Assembly (NCBI GenBank): GCA_024276825.1 | Contig: JAJRWI010000026.1 | Location: forward strand, 1 to 43,206 | Origin: an archaeon | GTDB taxonomy: Archaea > Asgardarchaeota > Thorarchaeia > Thorarchaeales > Thorarchaeaceae | DNA: 43,206 bases | Direction of reading: 5' to 3' | Translations under genes and position numbers: made by a program | Shown here: positions 9,601 to 20,600 of the stretch, piece by piece | Position numbering within the stretch: position 1 is the first letter of the stretch | How the letters are laid out: every line of letters begins with the position of its first letter | The notes under the pieces: model-generated | Database searches by the model: none | Seen by the model: only the letters and a program-made list of their open reading frames with translations | What the model was told of the DNA's origin: nothing

Positions 9601-12275
9601 CTTGCAATTACTTTCCCAAGACTGCTTGTATCGTTAATCAGAGCCCAGACTACTGTATTATTTGTTTCAGCGTCAAAGTAATCACCAAGTGTGATCAAGG
9701 GGCCGTTAGTATCTAATGAGGGAGTTGCATATGAATATTCAATAACCTCGATAGTGAAGTATTCTACTGGATCATTTGGAGAACGATCACCATAAACAAA
9801 CTCATTAAATGAATCACCATCAACATCAAAAACTGCCGCCGACACTGCAGAGATAGCATGGCTGAGTGAAGGAAGGTTGGCATGAGCCACAAATGTACTG
9901 CCATTCCAATGCATTAAATATACTTGATATTCAGTAAGGATAAGAATATCATATTTATTTGTGGACACATTATAATAGCATGATATCCATCTTGTATTGG
10001 AGTCTAAGTCGGGACTGGTCCACTGAACTATTTGTGAGCCATCCCAGTCGTATGTATAGATTATTTTATATGATTTCCATCCAATAGTCACCAATTCATC
10101 AATGCCATCATTATCATAATCAATTGCAACCATGTTCCAAGCTGCGTCTTGATTAAGTGTTGTTTTATATGAAAAAGACGATCCAGTCCAGTCATAAAAT
10201 TCTATGTTTGAATATGAATTTGAAACTGCTAGTTCGATTTGGCCATCATTATCAATATCGAGAAACTCAAGCGACCCACCGAAGCATCCTCCCCAGTGCA
10301 CTGTCCATATTTGAACAAGTTGGCTTCCTGTATATCTATAGACAAACGCTGATGATTCATAGTATCCACATATCAAGCCTATTTCAAGAACTCCATCATT
10401 GTCGAGATCATAGAATTCAATATCATAAATTCCGTCTGCAAAAGTCAATGTGTTTGTTATTGGATATAAAGTTGAATCGATTTGGTGGCATACTACAAAA
10501 TTGATTGAGCCACTTGTAGTGGACTCGCGCCAATGGATTAAGTATTCAGGAATAGTGTCATTGTCCAAATCTATGACATTAACATACATATGGTAGGCTG
10601 AAAAATTGACCTGCAAAGTGTCTAATAGATTCCAATCCTTATTCTCATAGTTATATGAGTATACAAAGACCGAGTTATTTGGTAGATTGATGCGCTCGGT
10701 TAGAAATATCTCATTTGGGCCCAACCCATCATAATTATACATGAAGTATTCGTTATTTCTTACAAAAGTGTTGTTCCAGAATGCATCCTCTCTAAGCTCA
10801 AACGCATCCTTAGTTTGCGTCCAGTAGAACATTGTACGTTCGATCCAGTGATTTTCAAGGTCGATATCGGGAACCTCAGTGATTGTGCCCAATGATGAGG
10901 TAGAGCCATTGTAATAAACGCGATTGATTTCTCCAGTGAAATCGACCATTGTAAGATCTTGGTATCCATCTTTGTCAATATCGATGTAACTGTGTCCGTT
11001 CTCAGCGGTCACTAGCCAATAATATGGAGAAAGTGCTACTGAATCTATTGTGAACAATTGATTCCCTGTCCCCAGGTCTATTAGTGTTATCCCAGGGACA
11101 TCATTTCCCCCATAGTAAGAGAGTAATTCATAAGTGCCATCCTTATTTAGATCGAACACTCCTCCTGCTGGAAACAGACTGTTCCCGTTGATTGCTACTG
11201 CTGGAAACACATCCTCACCAGTGGTTGTGTTCAGCACATGAACATATTCTGTTGTGACCGAATAACTTCCTGTTCCTATCGCTACAAGTCCCTGACCCAC
11301 AAGCTCATCCACTATCAGGTAGTTTCCATCTGCGCTACCCTCTAGTGAAACACTCCATTTTACTGAATGGTCGGTTTCGTATAGCCGCCAATAGCTGCTC
11401 CCCCAGCCTCCAATAATCCATTCGGGTTGTCCGTCATGGTCGAAGTCTGCAATGTTTGAGTGAGACAGCCCCCAAGTGGGTACATAGAACTCGTCAAGGA
11501 TGACTTGATTGAAGTTCTTAAAACTTACCACCCTAAAGTATGTGTTAGTGTCGTCTGGCCAGCCATAGAAAATGACATCTCTGACTCCATCATTATTATA
11601 ATCATACATTATTGGATAAGACCAGAGTTTAGGGTTCCCCCCGTCATATTCCAGTATCGGAGTTCCATCAGTTGAGTTTAGAATCCACAGATATCGAATC
11701 GAGTTTTTGAATTGCTTACCAATTAATGCCTCGTATATCCCATCATTATTGAAGTCCTCAAACTGATAGAATCTATAATAGTCTGACTGGGTGTCATTTG
11801 ACCTGTATATCCACTCGATATCACCGGTCTGCTCATCGATTTTGTAAAAACTGAACTCGTAATATGATCCTTTTGGCTCAATGTACCATGCATAGACCTC
11901 AAGCGAACCATCTTGATCGGTGTCATTGATGCCTCCAAGACGCATGTCATTCAGATTCCACTCATAGTGAAATTTTCCATCATCCGAGTTCATTATGAAC
12001 TTTGCAATGCCAAAAGTACCATTCGTATACCGATAGCTAACTATCATCGCAGGCACTTCTTTTGTACTCTCAGAGAGAACATATCTACTAGGTAGATGAG
12101 TTTCTTCTTGAATATCAACAGATTTCACGTTATCATCAATCCTATCTGATTCACTCGCATCTGTCTGTACTATAGGAATTGATGAATTATGAATCGTTAC
12201 GAGTATTCCACCAACAAATAATAAGACTATTGCAACCACTATCAATCTATGAAAGACACCCTGCTCACGAGGCAT
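6630..12275 (-). CDS. Giant surface glycoprotein/adhesin: signal anchor, two FG-GAP-type propeller regions, 10 Ig-like repeats, C-terminal TM and short tail
   Basis: 1881-aa ORF with many D.D.DG..E loops in the N-terminal ~850 aa, ~95-aa repeats D..PP.I...LSYS.DGG.SWTNVSM...YKVYAED..GNW, abundant N-x-S/T sequons, and TM LILSVGITTLSFAVIIYFLI followed by KILKVRRR. Confidence 0.92.
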   Translation of the reverse strand: MPREQGVFHRLIVVAIVLLFVGGILVTIHNSSIPIVQTDASESDRIDDNVKSVDIQEETHLPSRYVLSESTKEVPAMIVSYRYTNGTFGIAKFIMNSDDGKFHYEWNLNDMRLGGINDTDQDGSLEVYAWYIEPKGSYYEFSFYKIDEQTGDIEWIYRSNDTQSDYYRFYQFEDFNNDGIYEALIGKQFKNSIRYLWILNSTDGTPILEYDGGNPKLWSYPIMYDYNNDGVRDVIFYGWPDDTNTYFRVVSFKNFNQVILDEFYVPTWGLSHSNIADFDHDGQPEWIIGGWGSSYWRLYETDHSVKWSVSLEGSADGNYLIVDELVGQGLVAIGTGSYSVTTEYVHVLNTTTGEDVFPAVAINGNSLFPAGGVFDLNKDGTYELLSYYGGNDVPGITLIDLGTGNQLFTIDSVALSPYYWLVTAENGHSYIDIDKDGYQDLTMVDFTGEINRVYYNGSTSSLGTITEVPDIDLENHWIERTMFYWTQTKDAFELREDAFWNNTFVRNNEYFMYNYDGLGPNEIFLTERINLPNNSVFVYSYNYENKDWNLLDTLQVNFSAYHMYVNVIDLDNDTIPEYLIHWRESTTSGSINFVVCHQIDSTLYPITNTLTFADGIYDIEFYDLDNDGVLEIGLICGYYESSAFVYRYTGSQLVQIWTVHWGGCFGGSLEFLDIDNDGQIELAVSNSYSNIEFYDWTGSSFSYKTTLNQDAAWNMVAIDYDNDGIDELVTIGWKSYKIIYTYDWDGSQIVQWTSPDLDSNTRWISCYYNVSTNKYDILILTEYQVYLMHWNGSTFVAHANLPSLSHAISAVSAAVFDVDGDSFNEFVYGDRSPNDPVEYFTIEVIEYSYATPSLDTNGPLITLGDYFDAETNNTVVWALINDTSSLGKVIASYSYDNVSWINVTMHFNRTCWIWSIDNSSNNTIYYYVKAKDAIGNWATSQMRIYGQSDTTPPSITMAHAPNEPQPDDDVTVSAEITDASPISQAIMSYSTDGGSTWTNVSMTLGINWTAQIPAQPVGTDVQYKVYAEDSAGNWGTSSVNSYVVVDTNPPTIVTSRSPLAPTYNDDVTVYANVSDASSINQAILSYSTDGGASWTNVSMGFTVNWSAIIPTQSSGTTVQYKVYAEDAGGNWGISATDQYTVDDVTPPDIYVFRDPINPTINDAVQIIAMVMDSSGSSEAILSYSIDAGITWINVTMTYIGYDNFTQIIDAQSAGTWVYYKVYADDSFGNWNVSITYSYQVIDKQAPNFVDIWQDTSAPFYNESLTVYANVTDDSGVNQVILSYSIDGGLSWTNISMTFNDIWNASIPPQSADTNITYFLYAEDGFGNWATSNQSWYVVLDYPYPEIIEVAISPNSPTELDEVSINLTISDTSLVIQVILSYSIDKGSTWTNTTMVYSTNYTANISPQTAGTTVQFMFYIQDTIGRWTYSVVYNYTVGSNDSSPPTVSTRISPSIPTSDDLVIVSANVDDPNGISQVILSYSTDSGSSWTNVSMNDLGNGTYTGIIPNQPDDTTVLYRVYAADAFGNWEITSIESYTVDDSYVSVDVIWSIADYGSQGFVTIVANITDGSQVSYATLFYTKNNWTAYFVVNYTYSQDTYTWTFWIQNNETILFKIVICETSGKTTTIEDGPIAYGDFEVPTILADFDQYIYIEDAYCSFIVTDLTEVDNVIILYSFDGDHWIQASVSFNGTGYLGELDDLSVGVTIYIRVEATDVYGNTAFLGPLEVIIAEQNPPNIVYIYHYPDPVYANETIMPIFEINDDTSLSEFYVIYSTDLTNWTRIDLVYNESLYYAEIPGKPAGTYIYFLGIAVDIFGNENRTEMVSIYVQEGTAIGNVDDWAQNLRLILSVGITTLSFAVIIYFLIKILKVRRRGHWASNFSNP
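6790..9715 (-). repeat. Ten tandem ~95-aa Ig/Fn3-like repeats with Asp-box-like SxDGGxxW loop
   Basis: Units begin DTNGP, DTTPP, DTNPP, DVTPP, DKQAP, DYPYP, DSSPP, DDSYV, DFEVP and EQNPP. Boundaries approximate. Confidence 0.88.
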
Positions 12276-12676
12276 TTACAAGACACCCCTCTGACTGCAT
12301 GGCTAATATCAGTTAATTATCTAATGGCTATTGAATATAAAAATAAACAGTTGATGTATCCCATTTTGCTAATTGGTAGCTTATTAGGTTTGCATTGATA
12401 TTTTATGATAGATATAACTTGCTAAAAGATATTGGTGCAATTGATATTATATAATCAGGTGAATTCATATTTGCCTATATTTCTATATTGCCATATTTCT
12501 ATTATTTATCCATTTAACGTCCAACGCAATTATTCGGCAATGACTGCAATCAAAGAAATATATTCTCAATGATGGAACCTGATGCATCACAAACCACACA
12601 TGAAATTGATTTATAATTGATTGATGCTAGTGTGAGATGTTGGATAATAAGGATTAGATAGAAAACCAAAAACTAC

Positions 12677-13762
12677 GTGCTTACAATTTGTACATCAGAC
12701 AGCCATGTAATGAGGCAGGATAGCATGAGCAGAGATAGAAGTGATTGGAAGCAAGAATTGAAGAGAATCAAGGTCATCGTGAATTTCATCATCAGTGCCG
12801 CCTTAGGCGTACCAAATCTTATTGATGTTCTTTTTACTGTGGGAGAATATCTAAATAAAAAGAAGCAAGAGAGAGGGACATTAACAAGAGTACATGGTTC
12901 AATAACTCATTCATGGAGCATATTTCAAACGCAAATGAAGGATATCAAAAGTATCTATTATTCCAAACTAGACAATGAATTTTGTGGACTTGCATTTGAT
13001 CGTGCTGATGAATTAAGGTATGAAACAATCCAGACTGGTTTTCGAGACATTCAGAGAGTAGTGCCACGAGATATTGATGGGAAATTATTGTCCCCAATTG
13101 TTGGCTATGCCTACTCGCTTTCAGTCTTGACAAAGGATTTTATCTATTCCGAAAGCGATTGCATTTCAATTGACATTGAAATGTTTGAACCAAAGGAATC
13201 AATGAAACAACTTGCTGAGTTAATGAAGGGAATATCAAATATTACGCGCGCTTTGGATAGTTTAAGAAATCTAAACAGACGCGACCTAAAGAGGACCAGA
13301 CCTGAAGATATTTTCAGGAACTATGTATTCATTGGAGATATTGCAAGACGTTTCATCCCAGCTATTGGATGGCATATTTCAAGAGAAGAGATTCCTCATT
13401 CTGACTACTTGGAACAGCCTGAGATTCTTCATCTGGTCTTTGACAGCATGACCAAACAAGTGCTTTCATCTTCAAGAGTAAATATGAGAATCGACCAATT
13501 TGCCAACCATCTGAATATCCCGAATTCCTTTGCTCAAAGGATTGTTTCAGACTTGATCAATGAAGGCGAACTAAAACTATTTCTTACAAACGACGGATTG
13601 CTGATTGATTGGACAACTGGGATGGACCATTTCACTGATCTCATCAGCAGTAACCCTGACAATATTAACAAAATCTTAATGAAATTTGGAATCAATGAGA
13701 ATCAGGCAATTGTGTTTATTCTTGATTCCATTAAACGAAAAATGCAGACTGTTTCTATGTAA
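12677..13762 (+). CDS. Hypothetical protein with a C-terminal PCI-like winged-helix domain
   Basis: 361-aa ORF; the true start is probably ATG 12710 or 12725. MRIDQFANHLNIPNSFAQRIVSDLINEGELKLFL fits a winged-helix/PCI pattern; hydrophobic segment near the N-terminus. Confidence 0.7.
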   Translation: MLTICTSDSHVMRQDSMSRDRSDWKQELKRIKVIVNFIISAALGVPNLIDVLFTVGEYLNKKKQERGTLTRVHGSITHSWSIFQTQMKDIKSIYYSKLDNEFCGLAFDRADELRYETIQTGFRDIQRVVPRDIDGKLLSPIVGYAYSLSVLTKDFIYSESDCISIDIEMFEPKESMKQLAELMKGISNITRALDSLRNLNRRDLKRTRPEDIFRNYVFIGDIARRFIPAIGWHISREEIPHSDYLEQPEILHLVFDSMTKQVLSSSRVNMRIDQFANHLNIPNSFAQRIVSDLINEGELKLFLTNDGLLIDWTTGMDHFTDLISSNPDNINKILMKFGINENQAIVFILDSIKRKMQTVSM

Positions 13763-13909
13763 TTAGGAAAAAATGAACATAAAGAATGTGTTTCCTAAGA
13801 ATCGTATCTTACAAATCTCACACAATTACAATCGGGCAGTCAAATTAACAGCACCAGTTCATCTTGATATTTTGAATACATTGATAGTCGATGGTCATGT
13901 AATTTGACA

Positions 13910-14539
13910 TTAGTATTTTCGACTTGCAACACTTACATCAATTAATATGATATTGTTTCTTCTCAAATCATCACTTATTGATTGCTTGATCATTTTCGAA
14001 AGTTCAAAATCTGGCAGGCTTTTGAATCGGGTCAGGTCAACACCAAGTTCGCTGAAAGTGATGTTGAGGTTGCTATTCAACACACTGTGTATTGGTCCTT
14101 CAAGAAAATCAAAATAATGTCTTTCAGAAATTTTTGAGTTATTTATGAAACCTCTATAAAACAACTCATGGTTATCAATCTCGATATTCAGTTTGATCGC
14201 CAGTCCAAAATGACTCGAATCTGCCAGTTGACCAACTTTATAGGGAATTCCAGAAGTTATTGTGCCACTCTTTCGTAGGAATGCCATTCTACCTGATGCA
14301 TTAATTGCTCTTTCAGTTACTTGCCATCTTTCAAGTTCGTTAAGAATAAAATGGGCTTGCATGTTCCCCGCGGTTAATGCAACAACCCAGTTTGGGTAGG
14401 TGCCTATTACAACTCCATTCACAGACTTTTCTAATTTGATTGACTTGTACCAGATGCTAGAAGATGGTTCCTCAAAATACATACTTCTACTTGTTTTTGA
14501 TGTGACATCTTTAAAATACTTTTCAACCGGCTCACTCAT
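13910..14539 (-). CDS. SPFH (band 7)-like domain protein, divergent
   Basis: 209 aa. FGLAIKLNIEIDNHELFY and ISDDLRRNNIILIDVSVAS resemble the SPFH2 core (YdjI-like). An AT-rich TATA-like box lies ~25 nt upstream. The family call is pattern-based. Confidence 0.55.
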   Translation of the reverse strand: MSEPVEKYFKDVTSKTSRSMYFEEPSSSIWYKSIKLEKSVNGVVIGTYPNWVVALTAGNMQAHFILNELERWQVTERAINASGRMAFLRKSGTITSGIPYKVGQLADSSHFGLAIKLNIEIDNHELFYRGFINNSKISERHYFDFLEGPIHSVLNSNLNITFSELGVDLTRFKSLPDFELSKMIKQSISDDLRRNNIILIDVSVASRKY

Positions 14540-14624
14540 GTGTTTAGCAAAGCATTTGTAATATTTATATTATTGCTGAGTGCCACTGCTCTTTTGAATT
14601 AAAGTGAAGACACAACTATTATGC

Positions 14625-17600
14625 TCAGGGGTTTGAAACTTGTGAGGTCCATTGAGTGGCTTTTCTCGCTTGAAGTATCTTTCTCAGGAAGTAGATGATT
14701 ATGATTAATGAAACCGATGTTATACCTATGGACAAGAGATTATAAGTCATGCCGTTAAGATCAATATTACCAGGTGGTTGTCCTTCCTGAACGTATACAG
14801 TGATCATCTCAGTCCTGTTCTCGTTGCCATAAATATCCACTGCAATGCCAATGAAGTAAACGTAGGTTCCAGCGTCTTGCCCGGGTATTTCTGCAGTGTA
14901 TAATGACCCATTGTAAACAAGATCAATCCGGGTCCATTGTGTCAAATCAACAGAATACAGGATATACACTTCTAACAGTTTGCTGTCATCTTCAGCTCTT
15001 ATGAATGGCCTAATTGTTTCATTTGCATAGACGGGCTCTGGAATGTAGAATAGATACTCTATTTCAGGTAGAATATGTTCACCGATTACTACCTCCACTG
15101 GCCCAAAGTTTTTGATGTTGCCATATACATCAGAGGCTGTGACAAGGATTTTTACAGCTACTCCGACTTGTCCATTTTCAATTTCTGCAATGTAGTATGT
15201 TCCATTGAACAAAACTGAAGCATGATTCCAATGTATGCTATCGAAGGAATACAAAATTGTAACATTCGTGACTTTTGTATTGTCTGTTATCAAGAAGACA
15301 CAGTAGGGTTCATCAATAAAGATGAATTCATTAAATGTGGCTTCAATCAAGGGGGTCTCAAAATCACCATATGTGATTGGCCCATCTTCAAGAAGTTTAC
15401 TTTTTCCTGTAGTTTCTTTTGCGACTATTTTGACTAATATTGTCTGATTGTTTAATATCCAGAAAGTCCATGTATAGCTTGATCTTGACTCTGTGTAGTT
15501 GATAACTTGATAGGAGGTCCAGTTGTTTGTGGTATAGAACAGAGCAACAAAACTCATCTCAGAATCATCAGTGATGTTTACTATGACTGTGACCAAGCCT
15601 CGGTCTCCATACTCCGCTACTGTCCAAATCAATTCAATCTCAGGTTCTGTATCATCGACAATGTATGATTTGGTTTCACTAATTGCCCAATTTCCATTCA
15701 AATCCAGTGCATAGACTCTGAAATAAACTGTTGTTCCATCAGCCTGCATGGGTAGCAAGCCAGTGTATGTTCCATTTCCAAGATCGGTCATTGACACATT
15801 TGTCCAAGTTGCTCCGCCATCCACAGAGTAGGATAGAATCACTGAGTTAATACCTTCGGCATCAAACACATTTGCTTGAACAAGCACCAAATCATCAGAC
15901 GTGGGACTATCAGGATCAATGCGGATATTAATTGTCGGTGGAGTGGCATCCACAAATGTAACAGTATAATTGTATATTGCAGAAATAGACCAGAGTCCTA
16001 TATTGTCCTCCATATAGATCTTGAATAAAACTTGAACACCTGCTGACTGTGTTGGAATGTCAGCTGTCCAACTTGCATTAAGAATCATTGTAATGTTTGC
16101 CCATGAAGCTCCACCGTCTATCGAGTATGATAGTATTGCCTGACTTATCCCAGACGTGTCGGTGGCATTAACTAGAATTGTGACAGGTTCGTGATCGTTT
16201 GGAACAACTGGCTCATATGCTATATTTTCAATAGTAGGAGGAGTATTGTCCACAATCAGATAGTAATATAGACTTGAAACAGCCCAGTTCCCCTCGTTAT
16301 CCTCTGCGTAAATCTTGTATGTGACATTGGTACCTGCTGAGTTTGGTGAAATCTCTGCGGTCCAATTGACATTCAGCGTCATTGAAACATTTGTCCATGA
16401 AACACCTCCATCTAATGAATATGAAAGAATGACTTGATTGACACCACTGGGATCTGTTGCACTGACATTAACAACGACTGACATTGTATCATCAGGATTG
16501 ATTGGTGTGTGTATGATGGTCAGCGTTGGGCCTTCCCCATCTCGAACAGTGTAGTTAAATGTTACAGAAACATTCCAATTGCCATATGTGTCATTAGAAT
16601 AGACTCTGTAGAAAACAAGTGTGTCAATACCTTGCTGTGGAATATATTCTTCGTAGTTGTCGTTTTCAATATGTATCATTGTAATGTTTATCCATGTTGT
16701 TCCGCCATCGGTGGAATATGACAGAACTGCGGTATCTATACCACTATTATCAGTTATATTAGCAACAATACGGACAGTGTCAAGATTGGTGGGTTCAGAT
16801 TGCTCACGCATAACATTAATCGTGGGTGGTTGGGTATCATCAACGGCATACTGTTCTGTTTCGCTTGTTCCCCAGTTTCCAGCAACATCTTCGGCATATA
16901 CCTTGTATTGCACAACCGTTCCTGATGACTGAGAGGGAATCGTTGCAGTCCAATTTCCAGAATAGCTCATTGACAGATTTGTCCATGAGCTACCGCCATC
17001 TACCGAATATGAGAGAATGACCTGGCTTATCGAGCTTGTATCATTTACATCAGCATATACGATTACAGAATCTGCAGAAGTTGGATTGATTGGATTACGC
17101 GAAGTAATTATATTTGGTGAGGTAGTATCATTTACTGTATAGTTTGTTATAGAACTCACAGCCCAGTTTCCTATTCCGTCCTCTGCATACACTTTGTAGT
17201 GGACAGTTGTACCAATCGGTTGAGCAGGGATGTCCGCAGTCCAATTAGTATTATGAGTCATTGATACATTGGTCCATGAGCTCCCACCATCTGTCGAGTA
17301 TGAGAGTATTGCTTGTGAAACATCGTCAGGATCGGAAATTTCGGCAGAAACTGTGACCGTATCATTTAAGGTTGGGTTGGAGGGACTATGACTTGTGTTA
17401 ATAGATGGACCCTGAGAGTTATCTACTGTGTATTGGGTTATACTACTTACGCCCCAATTTCCATTTGTATCATTGGAATAGACTTTATACATCACTATGG
17501 TTCCAGCACTCTGCTGAGGTATTGTTGCAGTATAATTGCCAATGCTAAATGTCATTGTTATATTTGTCCAGCTTGTTCCACCATCTAAAGAATAAGACAA

Positions 17601-20600
17601 TATTGCAGAAGACACGCCAGAAGGATCGGTTATTTCAGCAGAAACTTGAACATCATCAATATCTTTAGGAACAGCTGGCCGGTGTGATGTTGCTATATGT
17701 GGACCAACGATATCTATAGCATGCAATCTCCAATTAATCTGAACAACTAGATAATCAAAGAGCGAGGAGTTCAATGAATTTCTAAGTTTAAACACTACCT
17801 CGTAGCAATTATCATAGTCAATATCCCCAATTGAATTTGCCCCATAGACAGATGAAACATTCAATTGGAGTTCCACTGCTGATAGGACACTAAACCCACT
17901 TCCATTCCAATGGGTTATGAATATCCCATCTGATCGACATAGAATCAATTCATATTCTTGACTGAATTGATTATAAAAGACATTAAAACTATAGATTGTG
18001 GGGCCACTAGAACTACTCCATGAATTGAACTCAGTTCCTGTCCATTCATCAATGAAAATAATGTCACCTCCTCGTTCAGTTGACACAATTTCATTTTGTG
18101 TATCATTGTCAATGTCCACAATGAATAGCAATGAAGAAGTTGGTGTACGTGAAATTGATGCTTTGTACGTAAATGTTGATCCAGTCCAATCATACACATC
18201 AATACCAGCTGCTGAATGCGAGCAAATTAATTCTGGAAACGAGTCACCATCAATCTCGCCCACCCTAACTGATGCAACAAAACTAGATCCAAAATTCACA
18301 TTCCAAATTGATGATAATACCGATCCATCAAAAGAATATACATAGACACCACTATCAAAATATGCAGTTGCGATAACAATCTCAAGAATGCCATCGCCAT
18401 CAAAATCAAAAAAGTCAACATCATAAATATGGTCAGAAAATGTCAATCGATTAGATATCGGGACAAGTAAATTGCCCACACGATGACAGATTAATAAATA
18501 GGTTGTAGATGCTGACAATTCTGAATAAATAGTAATGTACTCGATTCTATTATCATTGTCTAGATCCTTTGGAATAATGTAGAAATTTTGGCCTACTTGT
18601 TCAAATGTAAGAGTGGTCAATATTGTCCATGAATGGTTATAGCGGTTATATTTGTAAATGCAAAATGTACCGTTATTTTCTTCAGGAGAAGATAAGATAA
18701 GTTCATCACCGGGAGTTCCATCAAAATCAAAAAAGAAATATTTCTTGAATCCATTTAGCTCGTAGGCAGTGGTGGAATCAATCCAACTGGGATTTGAATC
18801 AATTGTGAAGTTGTTGACTTGTGAAACACCTTGATTACCAGCAACATCAATTGCATACACTTTGTAGTAGACAGTCGTTCCCAAGCTCTGAGGAGGTATT
18901 GTTTGAACCCAATATGACTCATCCATATACATTGAACAATTCGTCCAAAGGGATCCATCCAGAGAGTATGATAAAATAACTTCATGTAAACTGGATTGGT
19001 CCTGAATAGAGGCCCAGATGGTTGCATTATCATATTCCGAGATATGTTCATGAAAATGCCCGATGTCAATTGTCGGTGGTGTATTGTCAGTAAGAGGGGT
19101 TCGGCTTGAGTATTCAAGTACGGTGATAATCATCCACTCAGCAGGATTATTTATATTATCTTGGTCAGAGATAATTATTTCATCACGGGCATCATTATCA
19201 ATATCAGACACAGTAATACAAGGTGCGTTAATATATGTCATCGCCAAGCTTTCATAGGTTTGGAAGTTGCTTCCATTGGATTCCATCAAGTAGGCTCCAT
19301 TGGTAGTTATTGTAAACAAGTCCCATTTTTTAGTTATGGTATTGAAATATCGTTCTATGTTTTTGACATCATTTGACATAACTGCTCCGATTGATTGACT
19401 AATTGAGGTTCCGTCCCAATTATACACATAGATATTTCTTTCATTATGTTCGGACCAACCACATGCAACAAGCTCATCGACTCCATCAAAATCATAATCT
19501 ATACAAACCATATTCCTTGCAGCATCTTGGGCAAATGAACCCATTAATGAAAAAGTAGAACCTGTCCATTCATAAAATTCTAATTGAGAAAGAGCATTAG
19601 AAACAACAAATTCGACTTGACTGTCATTGTTAATATCAATAAATTTACATGAACCTAGAAAACAACTTCCATAATACTTGGTCCAGTTAAGTACTAACTG
19701 GTTATCTACCCATTTGTAAACATAAGCGGAAGAGTCGTAATAGCCAGTTACAAGCCCAATTTCCATAATTCCATCATCATCGACATCAAAGAAATCCATA
19801 TCATAAATGCCATCAGAAAATTGTATCGAGTTTGATACTAGATAAAGCATTGAACCTTGTTTATGAAAGATCCCAAGATTATAATTTGATCCAGTTCCTG
19901 TATTGTATTTAATGATATATTCGAGTTGTCCATCATTGTCTAGATCATAAGTTATAGGATATCTCAGAGTTGTGTTAATATTCAGGTTTAAAGTATCTTG
20001 AGGTTTCCAAATATTATTGATATAGTCATATGATAGAATAAATACAGAATTATTATCATTGTATTTTGGGACTATTTCGTTGACAATTATTTCGGTTCCA
20101 CCTAGCAAGTCATAATTAAATGCATAGCGCCCAGTTCCAAATTGAATAGTGCAATTATAAAATGATACCTCACGTAGATTAAATGTTTCTTTGTTTCCAA
20201 TACTCGATGTGTAATTTGATTTAATGTTATCATAAATATTAGTACTGTCTTCCTGAAGATAGTCATGAATAGCAATGAATGAATGATGAGTGACAGTTTC
20301 GCCAGGATTTGGAAACGCTTCATTCACCATATAGTCATAATCTGGTGGCACGCTCGAATCTCCACCGTAATAAATCACAACTTGATTAGGCCCTGTGGTG
20401 CCATATACCATACCAATTGTTACAGCTTCTTGAGTATTGGGATCATATACCCGTGTATATGGATATTGCGAATCAAGGGCGTAATTGCGCCATCCAGTAG
20501 AGCCAGTCATATCAATATTACCAGTACCATATACATACATTATGTCATTTGCACAAGTTTCAGAGGGATAAACACCCTGTCCCAGTTTATATTTTATATT

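Noticed and set aside
14625-14627. TGA ending the 2177-aa gene as a possible Sec read-through
   Set aside because: The paralog ends at the identical residue (SNP) with TAG, and I saw no SECIS-like hairpin.
2055-17715. CRISPR array or mobile-element repeats
   Set aside because: All repeats are degenerate in-frame protein repeats; I saw no identical spaced DNA repeats, transposase, integrase, tRNA or rRNA.
6790-17715. Sialidase call from the SxDGGxxW Asp-box motifs
   Set aside because: The motif occurs once per ~95-aa beta-sandwich repeat rather than in propeller blades, and no sialidase catalytic motifs are evident.
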